From assembly GCF_006345805.1 (NCBI RefSeq), contig NC_043003.1, positions 30,442,001-30,506,000 of the forward strand: a DNA stretch of 64,000 nucleotides. The letters run 5' to 3'. The position numbers were made by a program, and so were the translations under genes. Shown piece after piece: positions 21,385-33,972 of this stretch (position 1 is its first letter; each line of letters opens with the position of its first letter). This DNA comes from Octopus sinensis (Eukaryota). Below the pieces are notes generated by a model. It worked only from the letters and a program-made list of their open reading frames with translations. It had not been told where the DNA came from and made no database searches.

Positions 21385-24110
21385 TCATCTTTTAATGTCT
21401 GTTCTCCATGCTGGCATGGGTTGGACGGTTTGACCAGGGTTGGTAAGCTGAGGGGGCTGCACCTTCCTAATGCCAACCACTCCAAGGGTGTAATGGGTGC
21501 TTTTACATGCTACTGGCATGGGTGCCAGTTGCTTGACACCAGTACCTGCTACAACTACAATTTCACTTGGCTTGATGGGTCTCCTCAAGTATGGCATATT
21601 GCCAAAGGTCTCGGTCATTTGTCATTGCCCCCCGTGAGGCCCAATGCTTGAAAGGTGCTTTCTGCATGCCACTGGCACAGATAACAGTTGCGTAGTACTG
21701 GCATTGGCCACATTGCCTCCATGAGGCCCAACACTCAACAGGTTCTTCGTATTTGTCACCGGCATGGGTGCCAGTTGCTTACATGAGGCCCAACACTAAA
21801 AGGGTGATTTTTACATGCCGCCAGCACAGGTACCAGTTGTGCAACACTGGCATTGGCCACAGATATTGCCTCCGTGAAGCCCAACATTCGAAGATCAAGC
21901 TTCGCCATCATGTCCCATGTCTTCCTGGGTCTACTTCTTCAGGTTCCCTCCACAGAGATCAACATTTCTTTACACAGCTCTCCTCATCCATATGCATCAC
22001 ATGACCATACCAGCACAGTTATCTCTCTTGCACACATCTGATGCCTCTTATGCCCAACTTTTCTCTCAAGAAACAGTTATACATGCACACTGATATTGCA
22101 CATCCAGCGAAGCATACTAGCTTCAATTCTTTCAAGCCTAAGCATGTCCTCGGTGATTAGGGCCCATGTTTCACTACTGCTGGCACACAGGCATCATACA
22201 CTCTGCCTTTCACTCTGAGGAAGAGGCCCTTTGTTGCCAAAAGAGATAGGAGCTCTCTGAACTTAGTCCAACCTATTCTTGTTCTTGCAGCTACACTCTT
22301 AGAGCAACTACCTCTGCAACTGACTTGGTCACCTAGATAACAGTAGGTATCAACTGCCTCAAGCTTACCTTACTGGCATTTGATGGAGTTTATTTTCTGT
22401 ACATTTTTCATGTTTATTGTACTTGTGCACCTTCCATATACAAAATCTATCTTCCCAGTTAATTTTCCTCTGATATTGCTGCTAGACCTTGCTGCCACAC
22501 CTGAAACTTATTTCTAGTCCTGATAGTGATTCAGCTATAAGAAAACACTATACAATGATAAAACAAAAACTCCCAGAAACAATGAAGAGCAAGAAGAAAA
22601 GAAAAAGAAATTTTTTTAAAAATGTTGGAGCAAAACAGATCTCCAACAATGAAGTCAATACAAATAGAGGGTACAAAAGCAAAAGTAGAAACATATGCAG
22701 ATTTTACTTGCAAGAAAACTGCTGGCATGATGACGATGGTATAGACTTCCGTTTTGCACATCTGTAGTCCTGACTAAACTGCATAGACCTACAACAGAAC
22801 TCATTTCCAGGAGGAGGACAAAGAAAAAAGAGGCACCAAAAGAAAAATACACACACTGCTCCTAAAATACGATAAGCAGACGTAGTGCATGCTACTCCAA
22901 AAGCTCAGCCTCCCTCAGATCTGAAAAGAGCAGCTGCTGAACAAATATCTTTTCTGGCTATGTCAAACACACACTGGGAACCACACGAGGCCACCACATA
23001 TGACAAGGTACAAGATAGCCATCACTGTTACCAATACATGCGTTACTCCAATATTTTTATTGGAAGCTCTCAGGGTCAGCCCGTCTTAAATTCCTGTTAT
23101 TGCCTGGAGGACTATGATTAACAAGAGGGGGCTGGGGACTAATTCTTGGTGAACCCCTACTTCTATCCTAAATTCCCTGCTATATTCATTACTGACACCA
23201 TCCCTGTACATGGCTTCTATAACTCTCATCAACCACTCATCTATTACTAGTTTTCACATTGACCACCAGAAAGGGATTGGGGGATCCTGTCAAAGGTTTT
23301 CTTTATGTCAACAAACGCCAAGTACAGAGGTTTGTCTTTGGCTAGGGACTTCTGCAGCTGCCTTACTAGAAATATAGCATCAGTGGTGCTTCTTGGCACA
23401 AAACTACCTGCATTTTATCCAGACTAAGCATGTCCCTAATTAGTTGGGCTATGATCCTCTCTGTAAATTTCATCAACTGATGCAACTATTTGATACCTCT
23501 GTAATTATTTCTGTCTAAGGCATCACCTTTACCTTTGTAGCAGTTGAATATGGTGCTGCTACACCAGTCATTAGGTATGACTCTTTCATGATCAGACCAT
23601 AACCCACACTGCTAGATATTTTAAGCATCTCAGTAGTTATTCCAGACAGGCCAGGGTCTTACCCCGTCTTTATATCCTTCATGACATTGTCTATTTGGAT
23701 TTCTGGGCTCTCTGTTAGAGCCACACTAGGCAGACTCTCCCATGGGTTCTCTACATTTAGTAGCCTTTCGTAACTGCCAGTAATCCATCATTCCTGTGAA
23801 CACAATTTTCTCTGATACAGTCTTGCAATCCAGAACACTTCAAGCCCCTGGTCCTCACACCGCAAGACATTGGCACTTTCTTCTCTCTGCTTCTCCCCTG
23901 GCTAGATACATCTGTTTTCTAGCCTCCCTTCTAGCTACCTGATATAGTTCCCTGCTTCCACCACTTTTCCAGTCCTGCTTCTTTGCTCTAATAGTCTTAT
24001 CTACAGCATTACTCCACCACCATGTCACCCTAAGTCTGGTTAGGACTTTGCACCAGCTGCAAAATTTGGCTGTGGTGCTCAGCAAGCTGTCCCACAGGAA
24101 TTCCCAGTTG
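21385..24110 (-). mobile_element. RTE LINE, internally deleted or interrupted
   Basis: 3' UTR and C-terminus (21385-22488); RT pieces similar to PLYLAFVD-KTFDRIP (about 23170-24110); paralogous empty site near 51655-51680. Confidence 0.8.
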
Positions 24111-25234
24111 CCAGATATTTAGAATATTTTAGTCCTCTTTGGATAAATTAATGTATCAAAGGAGGATATATACAATTACAATATGATCAAAGCTAATTCA
24201 ATATATAGTAAGAGATATCTCACCAGCCTCTTGGTATCACAGCCATATTACTGGTTTATATTAGAGGTACTATAACATAGAAATGGCAATAGACGACATA
24301 TCTGTAACTTATTAATAAATTTATTATCATTACATTAATTATGTGTTAACTCTATCTTGGTTTGTTATTTGTATAGTTGGTATTGTTTCCATTCAACAGT
24401 TTGTCCAATTTTATTATCAACATTCCTGACAAAACATGCCAGTATTATAGAAAATACTTCCAAGCACATAGCTGTCTTAGAGTTTTCTCTATAAAGATGT
24501 TTACTGTTACATATATTCACTGCCAATGTAGATTTTAAAGCTAGAATTACTGAGAAATACTTTATACTTCAGCACAAAATGTGCATGGTGTGCATGTTAG
24601 AGTTTGTAAATATAGTGTTCTATGTATGTGTGAAAGTTGCCTATATCTGTCAATGTATTTGTGTGCCTGCCTGTACATTTCTGTATGCTGCTGTTGTTCT
24701 TGTTTTGTATTTTTAGCAACATAAAATATTTGAACAAGATAGACTGAGTACATAATTTGCATTTTATTACTGTTGTGTTCTGATGACAGTTTTAGTTGTG
24801 TTCCAGACCATTTCTAAAGTGATTGTGTGGATAATATTCGAATACCACCTAATGATATTTTCAAAAATTTGATGAGATAAAGCAAATAATTCGTTTTTTT
24901 TTTTAAAGGACTAGCTATGACCAATGTCAAGTGTGTGATGTTTTTAATCGTTGTCTTTTGACAGCCACCTTTCCATGATCTGTATGGGTGAGGGGGAATT
25001 CATTGACGCAGATTTTGTACAGTTGAATGCCCCTTCCTGTTATTCAAGCCTCACCTGTTTCCAAGCAAGATAATTCCCCATGGCTGGGTATGTTTTCAAC
25101 GATTGGAAATGAAGTATACTGCTTGCAAAACAATGACATACTTACAACTATTCTGCGCTATCAAAACAAGAACATGGGTGCACATACATATGAATAAATA
25201 TAAATATATATATGAGTGAAACCCATGACACATT

Positions 25235-25390
25235 TGATGGGCTTCATTTAGTTTCTGCCTGCCAAATCTACTCACAAGGTTTTGGTTGACCCAGGGCTAT
25301 AGTAGAACACACTTGCCCAAAGTGACATGAAGTTGGACTGAAGCTGAAGTCATGTTTTGGAAGTGAACATCTTAGTAGACAATCACATTT
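25235..25390 (-). mobile_element. tRNA-derived SINE 5' half
   Basis: Reverse-complement similarity to the SINE at 291-630. Confidence 0.6.
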
Positions 25391-25398
25391 GTGCTTTA

Positions 25399-25408
25399 TA
25401 TATATATA

Positions 25409-25442
<34 letters not shown>
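25399..25442. repeat. (TA)n microsatellite followed by CA/TACA repeats
   Basis: Direct reading. Confidence 0.9.
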
Positions 25443-25449
<7 letters not shown>

Positions 25450-25742
25450 CACACATACATACATATATGGTCCCACTCATGCCAGCATGGAGAATAGACA
25501 TTAAATGATGATGATGATCACATGACAGGTTTCTTTTGGTTGGTGTTTACCAAATATTCACAAAACTTTTGATTAACTCAGGACTATATTAAAAGACTTA
25601 CTGAAGGTGCTATGCTGTGGTTTGGAAGTGAACTTAACCACACAGCCATGCCTGCACCTATTATACAAAAGTGAAATGTCAGTACAAAGCCCTGAAGATG
25701 AATTCAAAGATATGAAAGTTGTGAACTGTGGAAGAATATCAC

Positions 25743-26230
25743 CACCATCATCATCATCATCATTGTTTACTGCCTGTCTTCCATGCTCACAACATGGGCT
25801 AGATGATTTGATAGGATCTGACAAGCCAGAGGACTGTGTCAAGCTCCACTGTCTGCTTTGGAATGGTTTCTATAGCTGGATGCCTTCTTTATGGCACCAG
25901 CACTAGTGGGGTTGTCAAATAACTCACAAGACATAAGTACAGTTGCAGTATGGGGGAAGGGTGCCTTTACACCAGGTGCTGAGAAGTTAAAGTGTGGTAA
26001 GGAGACAAGAATGGATGTCTTGCTGTAGAGGAGCTACATGACTACCACAGCTGGAAAGAGAAATAAGATGGTGAAGATGAAGTGTCAGAGCATATCCCCA
26101 AGGTACAAGAAACTAAATGTAAAAGAAAAGGGCCAGGACTGGAGTGTGAAAGGGGTGCAAGAAGTGGTTGAGAGATAGAGACAAAATTGAATGATGTATA
26201 TAGGTGTGTGTGTAGTCAATGATGATTATA
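25743..26230 (+). repeat. Dispersed repeat carrying an RTE-like (CAT)n end; related copies at about 28490-28910 (-), 40400-41340 and 54460-54860
   Basis: Shared gacaagaa..ggtgtcttgctgtagaggag.tacat and ccccaaggtacaaga blocks. Confidence 0.55.
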
Positions 26231-26929
26231 TGAGTCAGGAGGAGAAGTGGCTGTTAAACTGTTTATCACTCACTCTAGTATTTATTTATATACAAACATA
26301 CACATACACTCTAGTGGTGTAGAAGAATTCTTCAGTTAATTGATGCATATTCTCTCTCTAGATATGATAACCACAAAATTATTTTAGAATAAATCTAGAC
26401 ATACTTGTATAGAATAATAAATTTATCAATCTGTCTTCAGCTTTTGTTGTTTATAGCGATTGATCCAGTTTCTGCTGCCATTTGAATCTTAATCAATTTT
26501 GTGATTAAAAGTTGTTTTTGGAGAGCAAGAAGAGCGCAGCATCCTATATATTCATTCAAAATCTTTTTTTTTTTGTTTTTTTGCAAAAGCAACCTTTCAA
26601 TCATGTTGGTCCACACCTCCTTTTCTGGTTAATCCATAACATATAACTCTAGTCAGTAGTGTGCTCAAATGACAGTAATAGAAATCCTTGCTGTTGGCCA
26701 TAATATAAATGTAGATATTAAAACTGTAATAGAATATATGGCATCATCTGGGTATTGTGTTAAGGTAACATAAGAAAAGGGTGTGATTTGAAAGAGATGT
26801 GATATCTACTCCTTGCCGGACCAATTAATCTCACTTCCAATACTTCCAAGCAGAAATTTATGCAGTCCTTAAATTGCAACCTTTGTTTATGCTAAGGCTG
26901 TTTTCTATGTACAAGCCCACCATACAGCA

Positions 26930-27130
26930 TTTGTTAATGATACTTTAATCAGTTAGTCATACAAGATGTCCTGTCCATTGAAAACAGTGCCTGGGTATTG
27001 TTATCTAAATGCTCAAGACTTTGGCTTCGTTCAAAATCTCTGTTGACCAGCTGACCTTTGGAATATGTCTTGAACATCTCTGATGAAAGTGCTCAATAAC
27101 CACATGCCCCATGCATTTACATGGACATGT
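26930..27130 (-). mobile_element. Old RTE/BovB-like LINE C-terminal fragment
   Basis: Translates to EHFHQRCSRHIPKVSW..EILNEAKVLSI..HCFQWTGHLV. Confidence 0.6.
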
Positions 27131-27427
27131 AAATACTCATGAAATCACATGCAATATGCACATTATTGGTGGCTATTGATTCTCCTGAAGTCATCTGCCC
27201 TCTGACAAGATTTTGTTCTTTTAGTCTGCAGGATGTCCAGAAATTTCCCTTCTCACTAAGCAGGCTGAGTGGAATTGCCAGCTTAATGAGACAACCTGAC
27301 CATGCAACAAATTGTCCAAGGTTACATGTCACCAGTTAATGTTCAGGAATGATCTGACTTTTCATTTGCACATATTTCCTTAGGTGCACTGGGTTATGTG
27401 ATATATTTGCATAATAGACTTGAAATA

Positions 27428-27805
27428 TGCAGGAGTGGCTGTGTGGTAAGTAGCTTGCTTACCAACCACATGGTTGCAGGTTCAGTCCCACTGTGTGGCA
27501 CCTTTGGCAAGTGCCTTCTACTATAGCCTCAGGCTAACCAAAGCCTTGTGAGTGGATTTGGTAGACGGAAACTGAAAAGAAGCCCTCGTATATATGTGTG
27601 TGTGTTTGCGTTTGTCCCCTCAACATCGCTTGACAACCAATGCTGGAGTGTTTATGTCCCCATAAGTTAGCAGTTCAGCAAAAGAGACTGATAGAATAAG
27701 TACTAGGCTTACAAAGAATAAGTCCTGGGGTCGATTTGCTTGACTAAAGGCAGTGCTCCAGCATGGCCGCAGTCAAAATGACTGAAACAAGTAAAAGAGA
27801 GAGAG
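27428..27805 (+). mobile_element. tRNA-derived SINE, full length
   Basis: Head with A/B-box-like motifs (ggctgtgtggtaa; ggttcagtccc) and tail gactgaaacaagtaaaagag; paralog of 291-630. Confidence 0.85.
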
Positions 27806-27974
27806 TAAGAATACTGCAGTTTTCTAAGAAAGAACAGCAAATTGACTGGCATCTTCCAAATTCAATTGATTAGTGATGGTATAGTGAAGATTTGTAAAGG
27901 ATTCCTGGGATTCTACATTTAGTTTCCTGGGATGAACATATAATCATGCAAATTCTCATAACACACTCTGGAAG

Positions 27975-28420
27975 TATTGTTGCTAGAGTAGGAATAGTAA
28001 CAAGGCTTGTCTCTCGAAGTGAAAGGCAGACTGTATGATGCTTGCATATGAACAGCTGTGGGCCCTGAATACAGATGATATGCATAGACTGGAGAGAAAT
28101 GAAGCTAGTATGCTTCAATGGATGAGCAATATGTGCAACAAAGTGCAAATTTGGTGAGAAAAAAGATGGACATAAAAGGAATTCATCATAGCATGCAAGA
28201 GAGAAGACTATGATGATTTGGACATGTGATGCATATGAATGAAAACAAGTGTATAAAGTAGTACCAATTGCTGAAATTGGATGGCACCTGTGGAAGAAGA
28301 AGATCCAGGAAGACATGGAATGAAACAGTGAGATCTGATGTCAAGATGTTGGGTGTCACAAAGATGACAATGGACTGAGATGTTTGGTGATATGAGCTTC
28401 TTCCGAAGACCCCCATTTCA
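27975..28420 (+). mobile_element. RTE LINE C-terminal fragment
   Basis: GLSLEVKGRLYDACI, LERNEASMLQWM and GTCGRRRSRKTWNE similarity. Confidence 0.75.
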
Positions 28421-29640
28421 GCAAAACTGAGTTCTGGAAGTGCTGTGTATTCCATCCACATGTATCATTAATTCACACACTCTATCCCAATGAACCAAAC
28501 TACATATTTTATTCATGCACTATGCCTATCTCTTTCTCTCCATCTTTGCAGCCCCAAACCATGCTATCATCTCTCTCGTTCTCCCTCTTGCCAGCTGTAT
28601 CATCACTGTATCTGTGTTTCACCACTTACTGCATTCCCTCCCATCTCCCTCTTTGCCCTTATGTGAACTCCCTGCTCATGCATCCTAGGCAATCTTCTAT
28701 CATTCCATTTATATTGACCTCCTTGTACCTTAAGAGTGCACCCTGACACATCTCTCACTCTCTCCATTTGACTGGGTAACCATGTATCTCCTCTACAGGA
28801 AGACACCTATTTTTGTCCCTCTGATACACTCTACCCTCTCATCACCTGGCACAAAACCGTGTCCCTCAATACCACTCAGTTGAAGGCTCTTTGTCTTGTT
28901 TTACATTTTTTAAGTGGTATAAGTAATGAATTTAAAAAATTGGCTGAAGTTTTTGGAACGATGGTGGATAATCTTGTGGGCTTCTACCAAGTCAGCTGCA
29001 AGACATCAAAGTTTTAGTGTCACTGTCCAGAGAAGCAAGACATTCAAGACATGGTCACTCATCAAAAATATTCATCTGGCTGTGTCTCAGGGCAGTTCCA
29101 AGAAAATTGATATTTTGGACAAGATGAAGGTTCCAGATTGAAGAAGCAAAAAAAGTTACTCAATCATCGTCCTCGCAGTTACAAGGACCTTATCAGGATG
29201 ACCACCCCCCATACACACACACACACACACACACAAGCGTCGTCGAGACACAACACATTCAAGACCAGGCCGGCTCAGATGTTAGTAACGTCGTCAATAC
29301 CCAAACTGAAAGAAAAGTTTTAAAATATCGCTAAATGTTTTTATTAATAATAAAAAAAAATTGCAGACTTACAATCTCTGATGTTCAAAGTGTTTTTTAA
29401 AGGCATCATAACAATGTTAAGGGATGTCTAAAAATCCACTTTCTTTCTTTTTTTCTTTTCGCATTTTAAAATTACTTTACAATTCTGATTATTGCACTAG
29501 TTTAATGCTATGAACATATCGCAGGTTCTAAGCGTTATAATATACCGTTTTACCGAAATCACAAGGCTAATGTGAATACACTGGAAACCAAAGCTAAAAA
29601 CATAAACTAATAATTTTCCGGGAATAAAAAAACTTTAAAG

Positions 29641-30110
29641 AATTCTCTATTGATTAGAGGTAGGTTATTCCTACACAATGAATGCTACTTCCGTTATGCA
29701 CGTTACTTTTTGAGGCATGTACTGTTTATATATTATTTCTTTGCACGTATTTAGTGTTACTAATAATTAATTACCGCCTGTAATTAACTTAAATGATTGT
29801 TCATTAACCAGTCGAACACAATAGGGATATTCAGTCAAAAGTAGTTAAAAATTCTGCCCAATCGATGTCTTCATTAATTTCAACTCTCTACTTCAAAACA
29901 TCTCACATTATTTCATCAATAACTACGTTGTCATGCAAGTATCGTTTGTAAATTTTACACATTTTGTATTGAAAAAAGTCTCTCTTGTATTCTTACATTT
30001 CTTCTTCTCTTATATGACTTATCTTCTTTTCAAGATCCTATTTTCTTTCGTTCTTTCTCTCATGTACTTCATCTAAATACCGTAATTAATCTAAATTTCA
30101 GGAAATTTGC
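29641..30110 (+). promoter_or_regulatory. Conserved upstream module of ZNF3: donor-like GAG|GTAGGT at 29660 and ETS variant ACTTCCGT (29687-29694)
   Basis: Paralogous to the four other modules. Confidence 0.6.
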
Positions 30111-30153
30111 AATATTTATTTTAATTCGTTCAACCTCTTCCTTCGTTATTTTT

Positions 30154-30235
30154 GGCAGAGGTAAAGAATACGTACACCACCGGTTTTCGGCGTAACAAAA
30201 ACATTAACCGGGTGTACGTATTCTTTTCCTTAGCC
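30154..30235. repeat. Short hairpin or mini-MITE
   Basis: aaagaatacgtacacc (30163-30178) is the perfect inverse of ggtgtacgtattcttt (30211-30226). Confidence 0.75.
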
Positions 30236-30809
30236 ATATTTTTATCCCATATCCACTCCACTGTTCGTGTAGTTTTTCATTGGCCCCTCTTTGTTTCGTC
30301 TTTTATAAAACTTTATTTACTTGAATAATTGTAAAGATGTGACCCAAATCTACCGCCTCGCCCCTCGTCCTATTGTTGCCGACAAAATACGATTAAAGTT
30401 TGCTTACTATTTTCTTGATTGATAATATTTTTCAAGACACAGTTGCATGTCCGAGACGTCAGTATTTCATGTAAAGTTTTATTGGATCTTTTTTACTTTT
30501 TTCCAGCTACACATTTTAATCTGAAAGTTTTAAACAAAAACGTAATTTTGATGTAGTTTTACTTGCTGATGACGAAAAACGAATTCATTTTTTCGAAAAA
30601 TTAATAAAGAAGTTAGATGCATTTACGATTACATGTTTTCAGCATGTGTCCTTACAGCAGAAGTTGAAACTGTTTGTTGTCATGGCAACGCCAGTGTATC
30701 GTGTACTCATGATGCTGAGTGAAAGAATTGGGGTATAGAGGTGCGGGGATACGAAAGATTGCCAGGGGGAGGTTACCATTTCGGTTGACTAGAGATTATT
30801 TACGAGATC

Positions 30810-30950
30810 TATTGAAGATTAGCGGTCCAGATAAAATTGTTGAAATAAACGAAACTGTATTTTCAAGCAGGAAATACAGCCGGAGTCGAATGCTGCCTAA
30901 ACATAGGGTTTTCGGCTGAGTGTGCCGTTAAACTCGAGAACTTTCTTTAT
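30810..30950 (+). mobile_element. Merlin (IS1016/ISXO2-like) transposase fragment, first catalytic region
   Basis: KISGPDKIVEINETVFSSRKYSRSR..RVFG resembles the Merlin IGGPGKIVEIDES..KRKYNRGR..WVFG motif. Confidence 0.7.
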
Positions 30951-31814
30951 TTTGCTGTACCTTCTCCGGATTATGACACACTCGAAGATTGCATCAACTT
31001 TTTCATCCATTTATTTATTTGTCTATCTATTTATCCCTATCCGTTTATTCATAAAATATATTTGTCAACTAAATGTGGCTGTTGTTTTTAGCCCCAGGAA
31101 AACATATCTATCTATCTATCTTTTTATACACCTATCTATATGCTTATTGAATTTAAAAAGTTTCAAAACGTAGTTTCTTGCATATCCGGAATCTCCGTCA
31201 TCTAAACCATAGGGGGAAAAAAATTTCGAAAAAGTTCAAAATTTTAAACGGGAGTGGGGGTGTTAAAATTTTTTTTTTGCATATTCGTAATCTCCGACAT
31301 CTAAAACGTGGGAATCTGAAAACAATTTTTCAAAAAAAATGCATATTTCAAGGAGAGATGCGAAACTGCATTAGCCCCTTACATGTATCATTTTGTGTTA
31401 GTGTTGAAAAAAAAAATTGTTAAATTTTCAGTTTACAAGAAATGTGTGAGTAATTGTAATGGCAATCGCCGTAGTAAGAGCAGTGTGGGGGGTGAGTGGT
31501 TCCAAATTAATGGACTTTCATGGATTTAAACGAACATTTATGATTTTTAATAAGAAAAACAAGTTCTCACATTCTGTATGTGCGTGTATTCTCAACTACA
31601 CACATAATATACAATAGGTTTATATATTACATATCTATGCACATGTACATAATGGTGGCGGGGAGGGGCATAATGAGGGTTATTTACTGTATTTTTTACT
31701 TTAAGGTGGGGGGGGCGGTCTTCTCTAAATACATTTTAAAAACTATAACATAATCTGAACACTTTCATAAGATTATTTTCGTTCTCTTTAAGTTGGTAAA
31801 AGACAAATTTAGCT

Positions 31815-32138
31815 GGGGCAAAATGAGTAAGATATAATAAGGTAAATTTGCCTCATCAGTTCTCCATAATTATATATGAAAAAAGACTCATACACATCAA
31901 CATCCATCCTTAGACATCAGAAAGATGATAAATACGACAAAAATTTATAATATCAGAGTCAAATGAAAGAGGGTCATGGGAAAATGGCACATGATATGGA
32001 ATTAACAAAACTCAACTAAATCTAAAATTTCAGCATAAAATATTTTCTATAACTTCTTCAGGATCTGCTAGAGTGGCTCTCTTCCTGCGTGATGTGCAGT
32101 TAAATAGAAGAAATTATTTGAATTATTCATTTTGCCCC
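31815..32138. mobile_element. MITE with 16-bp TIR
   Basis: ggggcaaaatgagtaa / ttattcattttgcccc, inverted with 1 mismatch. Confidence 0.55.
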
Positions 32139-33125
32139 GTTTTAGACTATTCTTTTGAAAATTGAAAATGATCAAATTAGACATTTGTATGGGGGGAAAA
32201 AATGACTTGGAATCCAAGAGAGAAAAGAATATTGATTGTTAAATGCCAAATATTATCCAGATATTTTATTCAGAACATCGATTACAATCGTATCTTGTTG
32301 TCTAAGTTTCAATCTCTTTCAACTTCAACAGCTATGCTGACTGATTCTTACCTCCAAACATGCTGCAGTAGTACTCCCAGTGATGGTGCAATACTTGCAA
32401 TGTAATGGTTTCAAACAGGTTAGGAGAGATCACAAATTACTCATTTTACCCTAGTTATTAATACATATCGTTGCTATTATGCAAAAGTATTGTAAGACCA
32501 AAACGTTGCATTTTCAGAAAACGAAAAAATAGTTTCACCATTCCATTTCTTTTTACATTAACAACTCCATGCATGTTTGATATTTTCAGTCAGAAATATT
32601 TTTACAAAAGTGTTGTATGTGGGAATTAGTACACTTTTGAAAAATGCTAAGCTGGTGTACTACACTTTGACAATTTTCATATCTTAGCCTCTGAAGCATC
32701 TGGAGATATGATAGTTTGACCAAAAGAACCAACTATTGCAAGCAAAATTAAATATTGAAGAAAACACAGTTGGCCAAATTTGGACATAGGACAGTTTAAC
32801 ATAATAGCAATGATATATATTTACATATGTGCAGACAGTTGTTGAAATTAATATGCATAATGTAATGTGCCCAGCATTATGTCAATCTATGGCAGTCATG
32901 ATTTTTACAAAGAGAAAAACATTTCATGATTGTAATGGTGATTACTGTCAAGAGGAGGGAGTGAGCAGCTTCCAAAATGATGGATTTCAATTTTGGTTTT
33001 TCAAGGCTTGTCCCATCGTTTTTCAGAGCATCATGCAAAAAAAAATCCATGGAAGTCGGGGATCATAAATTTTTGAAAATTATTTTTTCATAAAAGGCTT
33101 CCTCCCATCATTTTGAAGCATGTGG

Positions 33126-33972
33126 TCATCATCATAATCATCATTTAACGTTTGTTTTCCATGTTGGCATGGGCTGGACGGTTTGACTGAGGTCTGGAGA
33201 GCCAGCAGCTGCATCAAGCTCCAATCTGATCTGAAAATGTTTCTACAGCTTGATGACCTTCCTAATGCCAACCACTCCAAGAGTGCAGTGGGTGCTTTTC
33301 ACATGCCACCAGCATGGGGGGGGGAGGCCCAGTCAGACGGTCCTGGCATTGATCGCATTTGGATGGTACCTTTTATGTGCCATCGGCACGGGAGCCAGTC
33401 GGAGACACTGGCATCAACCACATTCAGATGATGTATTTTACATGCTACCAGAACAGGAGCCAGTCAGGAGGCACTGGCCACAGCTACGATTTTGGTTTTG
33501 ATTTTACTTGACTCAGCAGGTCTTCTCAAGCATATCATATCACCCGACACATCAGGGGTACTCTTAAATAGACCAGATATGCCACACTGGTGTTGGCTAT
33601 GGCTGCAATCTCACTTTAGTTGCCGGGTCTTCTCACAGCATATCTCCAAAGGTCTTGGTCTCTTCTCATTGCCTTTGTGAGGCCCAGTGTTCAAAGGTCA
33701 TGCTTCACCACCTCATCCCATGTCTTCCTGGGTCTACCTCTTCTACAGGTTCCTTCCACAGGGAGTGGCACTTCCTCACGCAGCTGTCCTCATCCATACA
33801 TAACACATGGACCATACCAGCACAGTCGTCTCTCTTATACACTACATTTGATGCTTTTTATACCCAACTTTTCTCTCAGGGCACCTACACTCTGTTGTGT
33901 ATGCGCACTGACATTACATATACAGCGGATCATACTTGCTTTGTTTCTTTCAAGCCTGCGCATGTCCACTGC
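33126..33972 (-). mobile_element. RTE LINE 3' portion
   Basis: (CAT)n tail, tandem UTR units and the C-terminal GRGRPRKTWDEVVKHDL motif. Confidence 0.82.

Noticed and set aside
27428-27500. tRNA-like A/B-box sequence
   Set aside because: SINE head; no complete cloverleaf could be traced and it continues into the SINE body
29540-29590. Faint minus-strand finger-like words (gtattcaca..ccttgtgat..ggtaaaac) upstream of the ZNF3 module
   Set aside because: Too short and gapped to separate from chance in AT-rich DNA
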